A program made the translations under genes and the position numbers. From positions 1 through 57,525 of the forward strand of contig JBEKSX010000003.1 of NCBI GenBank assembly GCA_049516635.1: DNA of 57,525 nt. Reading direction: 5' to 3'. Shown here in pieces: positions 27,003 through 37,270 of the stretch; the stretch's first letter is position 1, and the number at the start of each line of letters is the position of its first letter. The notes under the pieces were generated by a model. It did no database searches. It was not told the DNA's origin and saw only the letters and a program-made list of their open reading frames with translations. Source of the DNA: Ignavibacteria bacterium (GTDB lineage: Bacteria; Bacteroidota; Ignavibacteria; Tepidaquicellales; OLB5).

Positions 27003-28391
27003 ATGCAGAAATCTAAAATTCTCGTAGTGGAAGATGATAAGATCATCTCTATGGAGATAAAAGACAGGCTTCAATGCTTAGGGTACGAGGTGCCGGCAGT
27101 TGTATTCTCTGGAGAAGAAGCAATTGAAAAGGCAAGGATCATTCTTCCCGATTTGGTACTAATGGATATCAGGCTACAGGGAAAAATAGACGGAATTGAA
27201 GCAGCTGAAAATATAAAGGCAGAGTGCGATATACCTGTTATTTATCTCACAGCTTATACGGATGAAGCAACACTTCAGAGGGCAAAGGTGACTGAACCAT
27301 ATGGTTATATTGTAAAGCCGCTTGAAGAGCGTGAGCTGCATTCAGCTATCGAAATATCTTTGTACAAACATCGTGCTGAAAAGAAAATAAAGGAAAGTGA
27401 AGTCCGCTACCGTGCTATTGTGGAGTCTTTCGATGGTTACATCTATATTAATACAGCGGATTACGTTCTTAAATTCCTCAATAATAATATGATGGATTAT
27501 GTAAAGCATGACGCAACGGGTGAACTTTGCTATAAAGCCATATACGGAAGGGAATCGGTTTGTCCGTGGTGTGTGAGCGATGTAGTACTGAAGGGAAAAA
27601 CGGTGAGAAGTGAGAGGCTCAATGCCAGGGATGACAGGTGGTTTTATGAAGTCAGCACACCGATAAATCACGCGGACGGGTTTGTTTCCAAACAATCAAT
27701 GATCCAGGATATTACCGAACGAAAAGAAGCTGAGGAAAAATTGCTTGGTTCACTCAAAGAAAAAGAAGTAATGCTGAGTGAAATTCACCACCGTGTAAAG
27801 AACAATCTTCAGATCATCGCAAGTCTCCTCAGACTGCAGTCGGCAAGTATAGAGGACCCGAAAGCGCTGAATTCATTCAAGGTGAGCCAGGACAGGGTGA
27901 ATTCGATGGCATTGATACACGAAAAGCTCTACAGGTCAAAAAGCCTGAGCAAAATTGACTTTGAGGACTACCTTAATAAGCTGGCCATTCATCTGTTCCA
28001 GGTTTATGGAGTCAGCAAGGAAAGAGTTCAGCTGCATATAAGTGCCAAAGATATCTGGCTCGGAATAGACACAGCCATTCCGTGCGGTCTGATCATCAAT
28101 GAGCTAATATCAAATTCGCTAAAACATGCTTTCCCCGGCAACAGAAGCGGTAATATCGATATTGCATTATCTATGAACGGCGGAAGTACATACAGCCTAG
28201 TAATAAAAGACGATGGCATGGGGCTGCCGCCCGGTCTTGATTATAATCATACGGAATCACTTGGACTTCAGCTGGTCAATACTCTTACAAAACAGCTGGC
28301 GGGTAATATAGAAGTAGAAAGGCAGGGTGGAACTGAAATCAAGATAAAATTTGAAGAATCGAGTTATAAGAACAGAGTAGAGAAGAACTAG
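27003..28391 (+). CDS. hybrid REC-PAS-HisKA_2 histidine kinase
   Basis: Receiver, Cys-containing PAS, EIHHRVKNNLQ, NELISNSLKHAF, DDGMG, SLGL. Confidence 0.9.
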   Translation: MQKSKILVVEDDKIISMEIKDRLQCLGYEVPAVVFSGEEAIEKARIILPDLVLMDIRLQGKIDGIEAAENIKAECDIPVIYLTAYTDEATLQRAKVTEPYGYIVKPLEERELHSAIEISLYKHRAEKKIKESEVRYRAIVESFDGYIYINTADYVLKFLNNNMMDYVKHDATGELCYKAIYGRESVCPWCVSDVVLKGKTVRSERLNARDDRWFYEVSTPINHADGFVSKQSMIQDITERKEAEEKLLGSLKEKEVMLSEIHHRVKNNLQIIASLLRLQSASIEDPKALNSFKVSQDRVNSMALIHEKLYRSKSLSKIDFEDYLNKLAIHLFQVYGVSKERVQLHISAKDIWLGIDTAIPCGLIINELISNSLKHAFPGNRSGNIDIALSMNGGSTYSLVIKDDGMGLPPGLDYNHTESLGLQLVNTLTKQLAGNIEVERQGGTEIKIKFEESSYKNRVEKN

Positions 28392-28626
28392 AGTTCATCT
28401 TCATATATATTACTTTAAGTAAGTATCCTACATTATTTATAAACTTATAAGTTGATGTGAATTTTCATCGACTTAAATTTTCTGCATATTTTATAATTAA
28501 TTTATTTCTCTATTTTTCTACACATCGTAAGAATAAAATTTTTAACTATTTTATTGATAACACTAATAGGAACTATATAGGGAAATTTTACATTGAAATT
28601 TAAAAATGTAAAATATACATTTCGGC

Positions 28627-29175
28627 ATGACAAAGAAATTTTATCATATATCTCGTTATAATCTACAGAGCAGCAGCGAAAGTTCAGAAAATTCTTTTTT
28701 ACAAAATCCGTCAGGTTCAATAATTCCAACCATCTACAATCAAACTGAAACCAAGCATAAATGGAACAATACCATCATCTATATTGTGATAGGTTCTGTT
28801 TTCACCATCATACTTGCCGCAGTAATAATAATAATTCTAACGCGAAGCACGGATTATGAACACGGTGTATTATCATTGCATGCAAATGACCTCAATGCTG
28901 CGCTCACCGAATTTCAGAAAATTGCTCCCGATGACAGGATGTATGAGATGGCACAATCGAAGATCAATTATATAAATGGATTAAATGAATATAATAAGGG
29001 TAACTACGAAGTATCCAAGAATTATCTCTCCAAGGTCGATGAGAGCGATGAATACTATCCCGACACGAGGCTCATGCTTGACAGAATTGCGATGTCTTCC
29101 AGAACAGCAAATCTTAATTCCATTCTCGAAAAGGTAAAGAAGGTAAAAGACGCAGCTGTTCAGCCGGAAAAATAA
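28627..29175 (+). CDS. membrane-anchored hypothetical protein with TPR-like helices
   Basis: Single TM segment followed by YxxG...A...F and Y..G..EY..GNY..S...L helices. Confidence 0.65.
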   Translation: MTKKFYHISRYNLQSSSESSENSFLQNPSGSIIPTIYNQTETKHKWNNTIIYIVIGSVFTIILAAVIIIILTRSTDYEHGVLSLHANDLNAALTEFQKIAPDDRMYEMAQSKINYINGLNEYNKGNYEVSKNYLSKVDESDEYYPDTRLMLDRIAMSSRTANLNSILEKVKKVKDAAVQPEK

Positions 29176-29302
29176 ATTACTCTTCCTCTACTATCCCCGC
29201 TTTACAAAACTACATACGAATATATCAGCAATATCATTAGCTTTTATTTACTCATTTTTTCTTCCATGCTTCATGATTATATTGCTTGAATAATAATAAA
29301 AG

Positions 29303-30607
29303 ATGCTAACCGAAATTATATTTTTAATAATCGGATTATTTATAGGAGCAATCGGCTCTTTCTTTATTGCAAAATACCGAAGCCAGAGTAATGCCGGTAA
29401 GCTTGAAGAGAGAAACTCTATCCTTGAGAACGAGATAAATAATATTAAGAGCGAGTTATCTTCGGAAAGATCTAAGGTTCTTAATCTGAACTCTGAGTTA
29501 GCCTCTAAAAATGCAGATTACAATAACTTACAGCAAAAACTGGGTGAACAGCAACAAAACATCGAAGAACTGCAGAGAAAATTTTCTGTGGAATTTGAGA
29601 ACCTTGCTAATAAGATACTAGAGGAGAAGAGCAAAAAATTCACCGAACAGAATAGATCGAATCTTGATGACATTTTAAAGCCGCTCAGTGAAAGGATCAA
29701 GGAATTCGAAAAGAAGGTAAACGATGTCTATATCAGCGAGACAAAAGAACGAGCCTCCCTATCCAAGGAACTCCAGATGTTATATGAGCTTAACCAGCAG
29801 ATGAGCAAAGATGCCACAAATCTTACAAAGGCATTGAAAGGCGATAACAAGGTACTGGGTAACTGGGGAGAGTTTATACTGGAAAGCATACTTGAGAAAT
29901 CCGGGCTCGAAAGAGACAGAGAGTTTATTATTCAGAAATCTTTAGAAGGTGCGGATGGGTCACGTTTCAGGCCTGATGTAATTATTAAGCTTCCTGAAGA
30001 GAAATCAATGGTGATAGATTCTAAAGCTTCGTTGACCGCTTATGATCAATATTGTGCTACTGACGATGATGAAAAAAAAGCACAGTATCTCGGGGAACAT
30101 ATTAATTCTATAAAAAATCATATAAAAAGGCTCAGTCCTAAATCTTATCAGGACCTCTACGGGTTGAACAGCCTTGATTTTGTCCTGATGTTCATTCCGA
30201 TTGAGCCTGCATTTGCTCTTGCAGTTCAGATTGATAATAATATATTCAACGAAGCGTTCGAGAGAAATATTGTCATAGTCAGCCCATCTACTTTATTGGC
30301 TACATTAAGGACTATTGCGAGCATCTGGAAACAGGAAAAGCAAAACAGGAATGCCCTTGAGATAGCCAGACAATGCGGCGAGCTGTATGATAAGTTTACG
30401 GGATTCGTTGAAGACCTGACAGCGATCGGAAATAATATTAAATCGACCCAGGAGAATTATGATAAAGCTATGAATAAGCTTGCAGAAGGGAGGGGAAACC
30501 TTGTAAGAAGAGTGGAAAACATTAAACAACTGGGTGCTAAATCTACGAAATCTTTGCCGGATTCCCTGCTGAACAGATCGGAAGACGATGCGGGTGAAGA
30601 AAAATAA
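29303..30607 (+). CDS. rmuC: DNA recombination protein RmuC
   Basis: N-terminal TM, coiled coil, GNWGE, RPDVII.LP, IDSK, DFVLMFIPIE, SPSTLLATL. Confidence 0.93.
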   Translation: MLTEIIFLIIGLFIGAIGSFFIAKYRSQSNAGKLEERNSILENEINNIKSELSSERSKVLNLNSELASKNADYNNLQQKLGEQQQNIEELQRKFSVEFENLANKILEEKSKKFTEQNRSNLDDILKPLSERIKEFEKKVNDVYISETKERASLSKELQMLYELNQQMSKDATNLTKALKGDNKVLGNWGEFILESILEKSGLERDREFIIQKSLEGADGSRFRPDVIIKLPEEKSMVIDSKASLTAYDQYCATDDDEKKAQYLGEHINSIKNHIKRLSPKSYQDLYGLNSLDFVLMFIPIEPAFALAVQIDNNIFNEAFERNIVIVSPSTLLATLRTIASIWKQEKQNRNALEIARQCGELYDKFTGFVEDLTAIGNNIKSTQENYDKAMNKLAEGRGNLVRRVENIKQLGAKSTKSLPDSLLNRSEDDAGEEK

Positions 30608-30631
30608 CATATTTTGTAAAACTAATAATAG

Positions 30632-31486
30632 ATGACTACATTGCCAGAAACTACCTATTTTGTTAAAAATAAATACATAGATAAAGATCATGCTTTTATC
30701 CATGTCAATGATATCGGTTTGCTGAGAGGATATGCGGTATTCGACTACCTGAAAACGTATTTTGGCAAACCGTTCCACCTGTCTGATCATCTTGCACGCT
30801 TGCAGCAATCTGCTGAACTGATCGGACTCGAGATTCCCTATGAGAAAAACAAAATTGAGGAAATATGTTATGAACTTCTGAAAAGGAATAATTTTCCTGA
30901 ATCTAACTTAAGGATTGTTGTTACCGGGGGTGTTGGCAGGGACAGCAAAACCAAAGGCGATCCTGTCCTCATTGTTACTTGTGAACTTCGCAATGAGATC
31001 GACCCGGAGCTTTACAACTATGGCGCAAAAATTAAGACCGTAGAAGGAGGCAGGCAATTATCCCTTTCCAAAACGTGCAACTATATTATGGCTATACACT
31101 ACCTTGATGAATTCATACAGAAAGGGTTCACGGAAGTTCTTTATGTACTCGAAGGTATCGTTTCGGAATGCACATCGAGCAATTTTTTCATTATTCAGGG
31201 TAAAAAGCTCGTAACCCCATATTCAGGAATATTATACGGTATTACAAGGAAAGTCCTTATGCGGATTTGTACATCGTTTATGGAGCTTGAAGAGAGAATG
31301 ATCACTTTGGAAGAAGCTCTTAAGGCTGACGAAGTGTTCATTTCATCTACGGAAAAAGAGGTGATGCCTGTTACAATGATAGACGAAAATGTTATCGCAG
31401 ACGGACGTGTTGGACCGATGACCAAAAGGATAAGAGATGAGTTTCATAACTATGTTGAATCGAAGGTATGGGTTGAGAAGCAGTAA
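30632..31486 (+). CDS. PLP-dependent aminotransferase class IV (IlvE/Dat/PabC family)
   Basis: DIGLLRGYAVFD, HLARL, KTCNY, ECTSSNFF, ILYGITR. Confidence 0.9.
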   Translation: MTTLPETTYFVKNKYIDKDHAFIHVNDIGLLRGYAVFDYLKTYFGKPFHLSDHLARLQQSAELIGLEIPYEKNKIEEICYELLKRNNFPESNLRIVVTGGVGRDSKTKGDPVLIVTCELRNEIDPELYNYGAKIKTVEGGRQLSLSKTCNYIMAIHYLDEFIQKGFTEVLYVLEGIVSECTSSNFFIIQGKKLVTPYSGILYGITRKVLMRICTSFMELEERMITLEEALKADEVFISSTEKEVMPVTMIDENVIADGRVGPMTKRIRDEFHNYVESKVWVEKQ

Positions 31487-31692
31487 TAAAAATTGCTGAT
31501 AACTCTTCCGAATACAATATTCTTGAACCAATCGAAAAGCACCAGTATTTTATTCTTCTTTTAACAGCTGAATGTTGCGAAGCCTGTCCCGATGACAACA
31601 ATATTTTTCCTTGTTATATTCATGGGTAAAGAAATAATATTTACCTCTAAAGCTATTTCAATTATATTTGCGGAAAGATTAGTAAACTGAAA

Positions 31693-32112
31693 ATGAAAAC
31701 ATACAGGAAAGAATTATGGTTTCAGTTATCCTTAAGGAGAGGATATGTAAACATCACTCACGAAATTGAAAAATGCCTTGAAGAAAGCGGTATCAAAGAA
31801 GGGCTTGTCCTTTGCAATGCCATGCATATTACGTCAAGTGTGTTCATCAATGATGATGAGCGCGGATTGCATCACGATTTCGAGCAATGGCTGGAGGGGC
31901 TTGCTCCGGAAAAACCGTACTCGAAATACAGGCACAATGATTCAGGTGAGGATAATGCAGATGCCCACCTGAAAAGAACCATTATGGGCAGAGAAGTGGT
32001 GGTTGCTGTTACTAAAAGCAGGCTTGACTTCGGACCCTGGGAACAAATTTTCTACGGTGAGTTTGATGGTAAACGCAGAAAAAGAGTATTGGTAAAGATT
32101 ATCGGTGAGTAA
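31693..32112 (+). CDS. yjbQ: YjbQ (UPF0047) secondary thiamine-phosphate synthase
   Basis: [37 protein letters not shown]. Confidence 0.9.
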   Translation: MKTYRKELWFQLSLRRGYVNITHEIEKCLEESGIKEGLVLCNAMHITSSVFINDDERGLHHDFEQWLEGLAPEKPYSKYRHNDSGEDNADAHLKRTIMGREVVVAVTKSRLDFGPWEQIFYGEFDGKRRKRVLVKIIGE

Positions 32113-32119
32113 TTGGTTG

Positions 32120-32413
32120 TTATTCTTCCGGTGGAACGTACCCTTCGGGCATTATGGCACTATCCGAAAAGAAATATTCTTCCGCTTTTTCTTCAAATAT
32201 CCGGTCAGCTAAAGGATTGGTAAGATCGAGCCTGTATTCATTTATAATCATCTTAAAATATTCCACGAAATCATCCCACGCCTGCTGTGATACATGTTCA
32301 TATATTTTTTTACCGAGTTCATTCGACATCGGCGGTGATTTTAATCCGGGCAACTCGCGTCCCAGCTTAATACAATTTACCATTCTTCCTGACATGAATT
32401 CCTCCTTACTCAT
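32120..32413 (-). CDS. yggX: Fe(II)-trafficking / oxidative damage protection protein YggX
   Basis: MVNCIKLG, LGKKIYEHVSQQAW, MIINEYRL, PEGYVPP. Confidence 0.88.
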   Translation of the reverse strand: MSKEEFMSGRMVNCIKLGRELPGLKSPPMSNELGKKIYEHVSQQAWDDFVEYFKMIINEYRLDLTNPLADRIFEEKAEEYFFSDSAIMPEGYVPPEE

Positions 32414-32536
32414 ATCAATATGATAATATTTATAGAACTTATTAATGCAAAAATATTAAACCTTTTTTTATGCTAAAAAATCACGAACTTAGAAACGGTG
32501 AAGAAATTATAGTTTTCCATCTTATTAATATCAGGT

Positions 32537-34276
32537 ATGCTTTTATCCGATAATGAAATTATAACATATACTCTTTCTATGGACAAACCTTCGAGCCATT
32601 TATTCGAAGTAAAAATGGATATTGAAGGTATCAATGAAAATTACGTAGACCTTATTCTTCCTGTCTGGCGGCCCGGAAGATATTTCGTATTTGATTTTCC
32701 GTCTGGCGTGGTAGAGTTCAAAGCTGAAGATGACCGTTCGAGTCCCTTGAAATGGAAAAAGATTGATAAATGCACCTGGAGGATCGAAACGAGATCAATC
32801 ACAAAACTTACCGTAATATATAAGCTGTATGCGAATGAATTCGACCAGAGGACAAGAGGCTTAGATGAACAACACGGGTTTGTGAACGGTACTGCTGTAT
32901 TTATGTACTGCGAGAAGCTGAGGCAGCTGCCGTTAACATTGAAAGTCATACCCTATAAAGATTGGCATGTGACAACAGGACTGGATGATTTCAGTGATGA
33001 ACCCAATACGTATACCGCACCTGATTACGATCATCTTGCCGACTGTCCGCTTGAGATTGGCAGTCAGAAAGATCATCAATTCGATCTGGACGGGAAAAAA
33101 TACATTATCAGTTTTTTCGGTAAAGCTGATTATAATATAGATACTCTCATTTCGGCTATGAGTAAAGTGATTAAGACCGAAACGGATTTCTGGGGAAAGA
33201 TACCATTCGATAAATATGTTTTTATTATACACTGCGGCACGCGTGGCGGCGGGGGAACGGAGCATATAAATTCCACCGTACTTGATATTACACCTAAAGC
33301 GTTCGAAAGCGCGGATTCGTTCAGAGGGTATCTCGGTCTCGTAGCTCACGAATTTTTCCATACCTGGAATGTGAAACAGATAAGACCACTCGGACTAACA
33401 CCCTATAATTATACCAAAGAAAATTATGTCGAAGAACTGTGGTTTGCCGAAGGAGGCACTTCTTACTACGACGAATTGATGGTCCTTCGATCCGGACAGG
33501 CTGAAGCTGTTGATTTTTTCAAAGAGATAGCACGTTCCGCTGAAGAAGAAAGAAGAAGACCAGGCAACAGGATGCAGTCGCTTGCCGAATCAAGCTTTGA
33601 TGCCTGGGTGAAGTTCTGGAAGGGAACTCCCCAGAAATTTAAAATGGAGAGCGATTACTATGGAAAGGGTGCCGATATTTCCTTGATACTTGACCTTGAG
33701 ATACGTCAACAGACCAACAATAATTTTTGTCTTGATGATATCCTCAGGACAATGTACGATAGGTTTCCACCAGGAAAAGGGTACACAAATAAAGATATAA
33801 TCAACATATGCGGTGAGCTTACAGGGAGCAGCTATAAACAATTCTTTGACGATTATGTTTATGGGACGAAAGCCATCGAATGGGAAAAATATCTCAGCTA
33901 TGCCGGACTAGAGCTAATAACCGTTGACAGCACTTCCGTACCTGTAATGGGACTCGAATTGCAGCAGTCAGATGGAAAGATCTTAGTTAGTAATGTAATA
34001 ACCGGGTCTGCTGCTGATATCTCGAAATTTGTTTCCGGTGACGAGATTATCACTGCTGACGGTGATAGGGTTAATTACGAGGATTTAAATAACCGACTGC
34101 AAAGGATGAAGATTGGAGAAAAAATTAATCTGGGAATATTCAGAAAAGATAAATATATTGAAATTAAGCTGTCACTTAACGAACCCAAGGTCCCGAACTA
34201 TGTTGTTTCAAAAACTTCAACCCCCGACGACCTGCAGAAGAATATCTATGAAGACTGGCTGAAAGTTAAGTGGTAA
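32537..34276 (+). CDS. M61 family metallopeptidase with PDZ domain
   Basis: PVWRPGRY, GGGTEH, HEFFHTWNVK zinc motif, LWFAEG, C-terminal PDZ; upstream signal-like peptide broken by TAG. Confidence 0.9.
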   Translation: MLLSDNEIITYTLSMDKPSSHLFEVKMDIEGINENYVDLILPVWRPGRYFVFDFPSGVVEFKAEDDRSSPLKWKKIDKCTWRIETRSITKLTVIYKLYANEFDQRTRGLDEQHGFVNGTAVFMYCEKLRQLPLTLKVIPYKDWHVTTGLDDFSDEPNTYTAPDYDHLADCPLEIGSQKDHQFDLDGKKYIISFFGKADYNIDTLISAMSKVIKTETDFWGKIPFDKYVFIIHCGTRGGGGTEHINSTVLDITPKAFESADSFRGYLGLVAHEFFHTWNVKQIRPLGLTPYNYTKENYVEELWFAEGGTSYYDELMVLRSGQAEAVDFFKEIARSAEEERRRPGNRMQSLAESSFDAWVKFWKGTPQKFKMESDYYGKGADISLILDLEIRQQTNNNFCLDDILRTMYDRFPPGKGYTNKDIINICGELTGSSYKQFFDDYVYGTKAIEWEKYLSYAGLELITVDSTSVPVMGLELQQSDGKILVSNVITGSAADISKFVSGDEIITADGDRVNYEDLNNRLQRMKIGEKINLGIFRKDKYIEIKLSLNEPKVPNYVVSKTSTPDDLQKNIYEDWLKVKW

Positions 34277-34301
34277 TAGATTTAAGAAATATATTTTTAG
34301 A

Positions 34302-35777
34302 TTGATCCTTAAGAATAGAAATCGGGTAATATCATATATTCTTTTATTTGCTCTCCTACTGAGGTTATTCCACATCACTTTTCCGGTATCAGGCTGGCAC
34401 TCGTGGAGGCAGTCCGACACTGCCGCAATTGCAGGAAATTTTTATGAGAACGGATACAATATATTGTATCCGCAGGTAGACTGGGGAGGAACAGCCCCCG
34501 GCTATGTTGAATCCGAATTTCAGATATATCCCTTTATCATATCCTTATTTTATGCGTTATTTGGTGTGAACGATATGTGGGGCAGAATACTATCTGTAAT
34601 ATTTTCTCTCTTTACCATTTACGGCCTCTACCTTCTTGTTCGGAAGATCATTTCCGAGAATGCTGCACTCTGGTCTGCTTTTATTTATTCCATCATCCCA
34701 TTAAATATTTATTATAGCAGGGCAATCATGCCTGAATCGGCAATGCTGATGTGCTCGGTATTTGGCATATATTATTTTTATAAATGGTTTAAAGAAGATA
34801 GAAATAAATTTCTATTCATTTCGGCAGTTTTTATTTCTTTTGCTGTCCTTCTGAAGCTGCCGTGCCTTTATCTGGGATTACCTCTGTTTTATTTATCTTA
34901 TAGGAAATATAAAATAAAATTATTTACAAGTGATAGTTTGTGGTTTTACTTTTTGATTATAATTATTCCTTCTTGCTTATGGTATTATCACGCGCATCAA
35001 TTATTTCTCAACGGCGGCGTTACTTTCAGCATCTGGAATTTCGGCGAAGATAAATGGGGAACCTTCAGCCTACTTGCAAAACCTGATTTCTATAATACTG
35101 TTATATTCAAAAGCATTGCCGAACGACATCTTTTATATCCTGGTTTCATTTTGATGATCTGGGGGTTGTTCTTAAAGAGGAACAATGCTGATGAGCATTT
35201 GTTCGATTATTGGTTATTATCTGTATTCTTTTTCATATTGCTGGTATCTCAGGGCAACCTGATGCAGGAGTATTACCAGCTTCCGATTGTCCTTCCCGCT
35301 GTTGTTTATATCGGAAAAGTATTTGCAAAATACTTCCAATTAGACCGCTTAGCTGATTCTTTTAATTTAAATAAATTTAGATTTATTTTTATAGCTTTAT
35401 GCCTAATCCTGATCCCGATCCTGAGTTACTTAAGATACAGCAATTTTATGAAAGCTGAAAATTGCGATTCGGCATTGTTCAGGTTGACCTCCGATATTAG
35501 AACTCTAACTAATGAACCGGATCTGCTTGTAACGGCATCGAACAACAGCCCTGTTTATCTTTATTTATCACACAGGAAAGGGTGGACTGTTTCAGCAGAA
35601 CAGCTTGATTCAGCTTTTATCTGCCAAAAAGGGAATGAAGGTGCGAAATGGCTTGCAGGAGAGAAATCTGAATTTAATAGCAGCGTTTCAGTAAAATATC
35701 TGGAATATATACTGAGAAAATATAAGGTAATAAAGAACGAAAAAGATTACTTCATAGTTAAGCTGAATTCTCCATAA
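34302..35777 (+). CDS. GT-C glycosyltransferase (ArnT/family 39-like)
   Basis: Polytopic membrane protein; HSWRQSDT, VESEFQIY, SRAIMPE. Confidence 0.8.
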   Translation: MILKNRNRVISYILLFALLLRLFHITFPVSGWHSWRQSDTAAIAGNFYENGYNILYPQVDWGGTAPGYVESEFQIYPFIISLFYALFGVNDMWGRILSVIFSLFTIYGLYLLVRKIISENAALWSAFIYSIIPLNIYYSRAIMPESAMLMCSVFGIYYFYKWFKEDRNKFLFISAVFISFAVLLKLPCLYLGLPLFYLSYRKYKIKLFTSDSLWFYFLIIIIPSCLWYYHAHQLFLNGGVTFSIWNFGEDKWGTFSLLAKPDFYNTVIFKSIAERHLLYPGFILMIWGLFLKRNNADEHLFDYWLLSVFFFILLVSQGNLMQEYYQLPIVLPAVVYIGKVFAKYFQLDRLADSFNLNKFRFIFIALCLILIPILSYLRYSNFMKAENCDSALFRLTSDIRTLTNEPDLLVTASNNSPVYLYLSHRKGWTVSAEQLDSAFICQKGNEGAKWLAGEKSEFNSSVSVKYLEYILRKYKVIKNEKDYFIVKLNSP

Positions 35778-35800
35778 TGTAAACTTTTGTTTTGAATATA

Positions 35801-36181
35801 TTATTTCAGATTTATCTTATTATCCCCTGACCAGTTGATCAATCCGTCCTGAACCTCTTTCGAAAGTCTTGCCCACGAAAACTTCGGTGCGCTCGTTGAT
35901 TCTTCATCACCGAATAAAACATATCTCTGAGCGGGGTCTTCTGAGGTAACATTTACTACAACTGTATATCTTTCCAATTTCGGGTCTATGCCGAGGTCAT
36001 CCTGAAGCTTCACAAATACCGGGCTGTCATCTGCATCAGCAAGTATCTTAAAATATGTCCATTTTTTCTCGTTTGAACTTGAACCGTTAAATTTATATTT
36101 ACCGGCTGAACAATTTAGCGAAGATAGCCCTGCTGATACACTGATAATAAAGATCAGCAGGTACAAGATTTTATTTTTCAT
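35801..36181 (-). CDS. hypothetical exported/lipoprotein
   Basis: MKNK + hydrophobic stretch + SLNC; co-oriented directly after moxR. Confidence 0.7.
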   Translation of the reverse strand: MKNKILYLLIFIISVSAGLSSLNCSAGKYKFNGSSSNEKKWTYFKILADADDSPVFVKLQDDLGIDPKLERYTVVVNVTSEDPAQRYVLFGDEESTSAPKFSWARLSKEVQDGLINWSGDNKINLK

Positions 36182-36205
36182 TCGTTTTTGATATATATAT
36201 AATTG

Positions 36206-37258
36206 TTAACTGTTTTCTCCGTTTAATAGTTTATCTATGATGTCTATGGTCTTTATCCCGTCTGCTTCAGCATTGAAATTCGTTATAAGCCTGTGCCTCA
36301 ATACGGGTCTGGACACTTTTTTTATATCATCAATTTCGGGAGTGAATCTTCCGTATAATATTGCGTTTGTTTTTGCGCCCATTATCAGGTACTGTGAGGC
36401 TCTGGGTCCCGCGCCCCAGTTGATCCAGTCCTTAATGTATTTAGGTGAATTTCCGTTCTCGGGTCTCGTTTTGTTCACGAGGGTTACTGTATAGTTAACA
36501 ACGTTATCGGCAACGGGAACTCTTCGGACAAGGTTCTGAAGCATAATAATTTCTTCTTTTTTCAGTATGATGTTCAATTTCGGTTCATACATGCTAGTTG
36601 TATATTTGATTATGTCCATCTCTTCAGTCATGCTGGGGTAGTCAAGCCATACATTGAACATAAATCTGTCCAGTTGTGCTTCTGGAAGGGGATAGGTCCC
36701 TTCGTGCTCAATTGGATTTTGGGTTGCCAGAACGTAGAAGGGTTCGTCAAGCGTATAAGTATTTCCCGCCGCAGTTACTTTATGCTCCTGCATTGCTTCG
36801 AGCAGTGCAGACTGTGTTTTCGGCGGAGTTCTGTTTATTTCATCAGCAAGTATCATGTTTGCAAAGATAGGTCCTTTCACGAATTTAAAGCTTTTCGAAC
36901 CTGTAGTCTGATCCTGCTCGATTATTTCTGTTCCAATGATATCCGAAGGCATAAGGTCCGGCGTAAACTGTATCCTGCTGAATTTCAATTCCAGAACTTC
37001 CGAAAGAGTTTTGACAAGGAGCGTTTTTGCCAGTCCCGGCACTCCTACCAGTAGGCAGTGCCCTCTTGAAAGGATAGCTATAATTATCTGGTCTATTATG
37101 CTCTCCTGCCCGACTATTACTTTTGCGACTTCTTTCTTAAGCTCAACAAATTTTGTATTCAGATATTTTACAAGCTCAACGTCGTTTTGTCCGGTCTTTT
37201 CGGTATCGCCGTTGCTCGGTACGGAGCTCTCTCCTGCTTCGATTACTTCTTCTTCCAT
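36206..37258 (-). CDS. moxR: MoxR family AAA+ ATPase
   Basis: GVPGLAKT, RIQFTPDLMPSD, LADEINR, ATQNPIE, LPEAQLDRF. Confidence 0.93.
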   Translation of the reverse strand: MEEEVIEAGESSVPSNGDTEKTGQNDVELVKYLNTKFVELKKEVAKVIVGQESIIDQIIIAILSRGHCLLVGVPGLAKTLLVKTLSEVLELKFSRIQFTPDLMPSDIIGTEIIEQDQTTGSKSFKFVKGPIFANMILADEINRTPPKTQSALLEAMQEHKVTAAGNTYTLDEPFYVLATQNPIEHEGTYPLPEAQLDRFMFNVWLDYPSMTEEMDIIKYTTSMYEPKLNIILKKEEIIMLQNLVRRVPVADNVVNYTVTLVNKTRPENGNSPKYIKDWINWGAGPRASQYLIMGAKTNAILYGRFTPEIDDIKKVSRPVLRHRLITNFNAEADGIKTIDIIDKLLNGENS

Positions 37259-37270
37259 TAAATAGTTATA

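Noticed and set aside
28502-28729. 75-aa minus-strand ORF; likewise 14576-14866, 47391-47687 and 55466-55708
   Set aside because: AT-rich low-information translations overlapping better-supported genes; no RBS or motif
32510-32512. Genome-wide amber recoding or pyrrolysine
   Set aside because: TAG is the evident terminator of several intact genes (e.g. 20941, 22999, 43166, 55526); no pyl genes in the window
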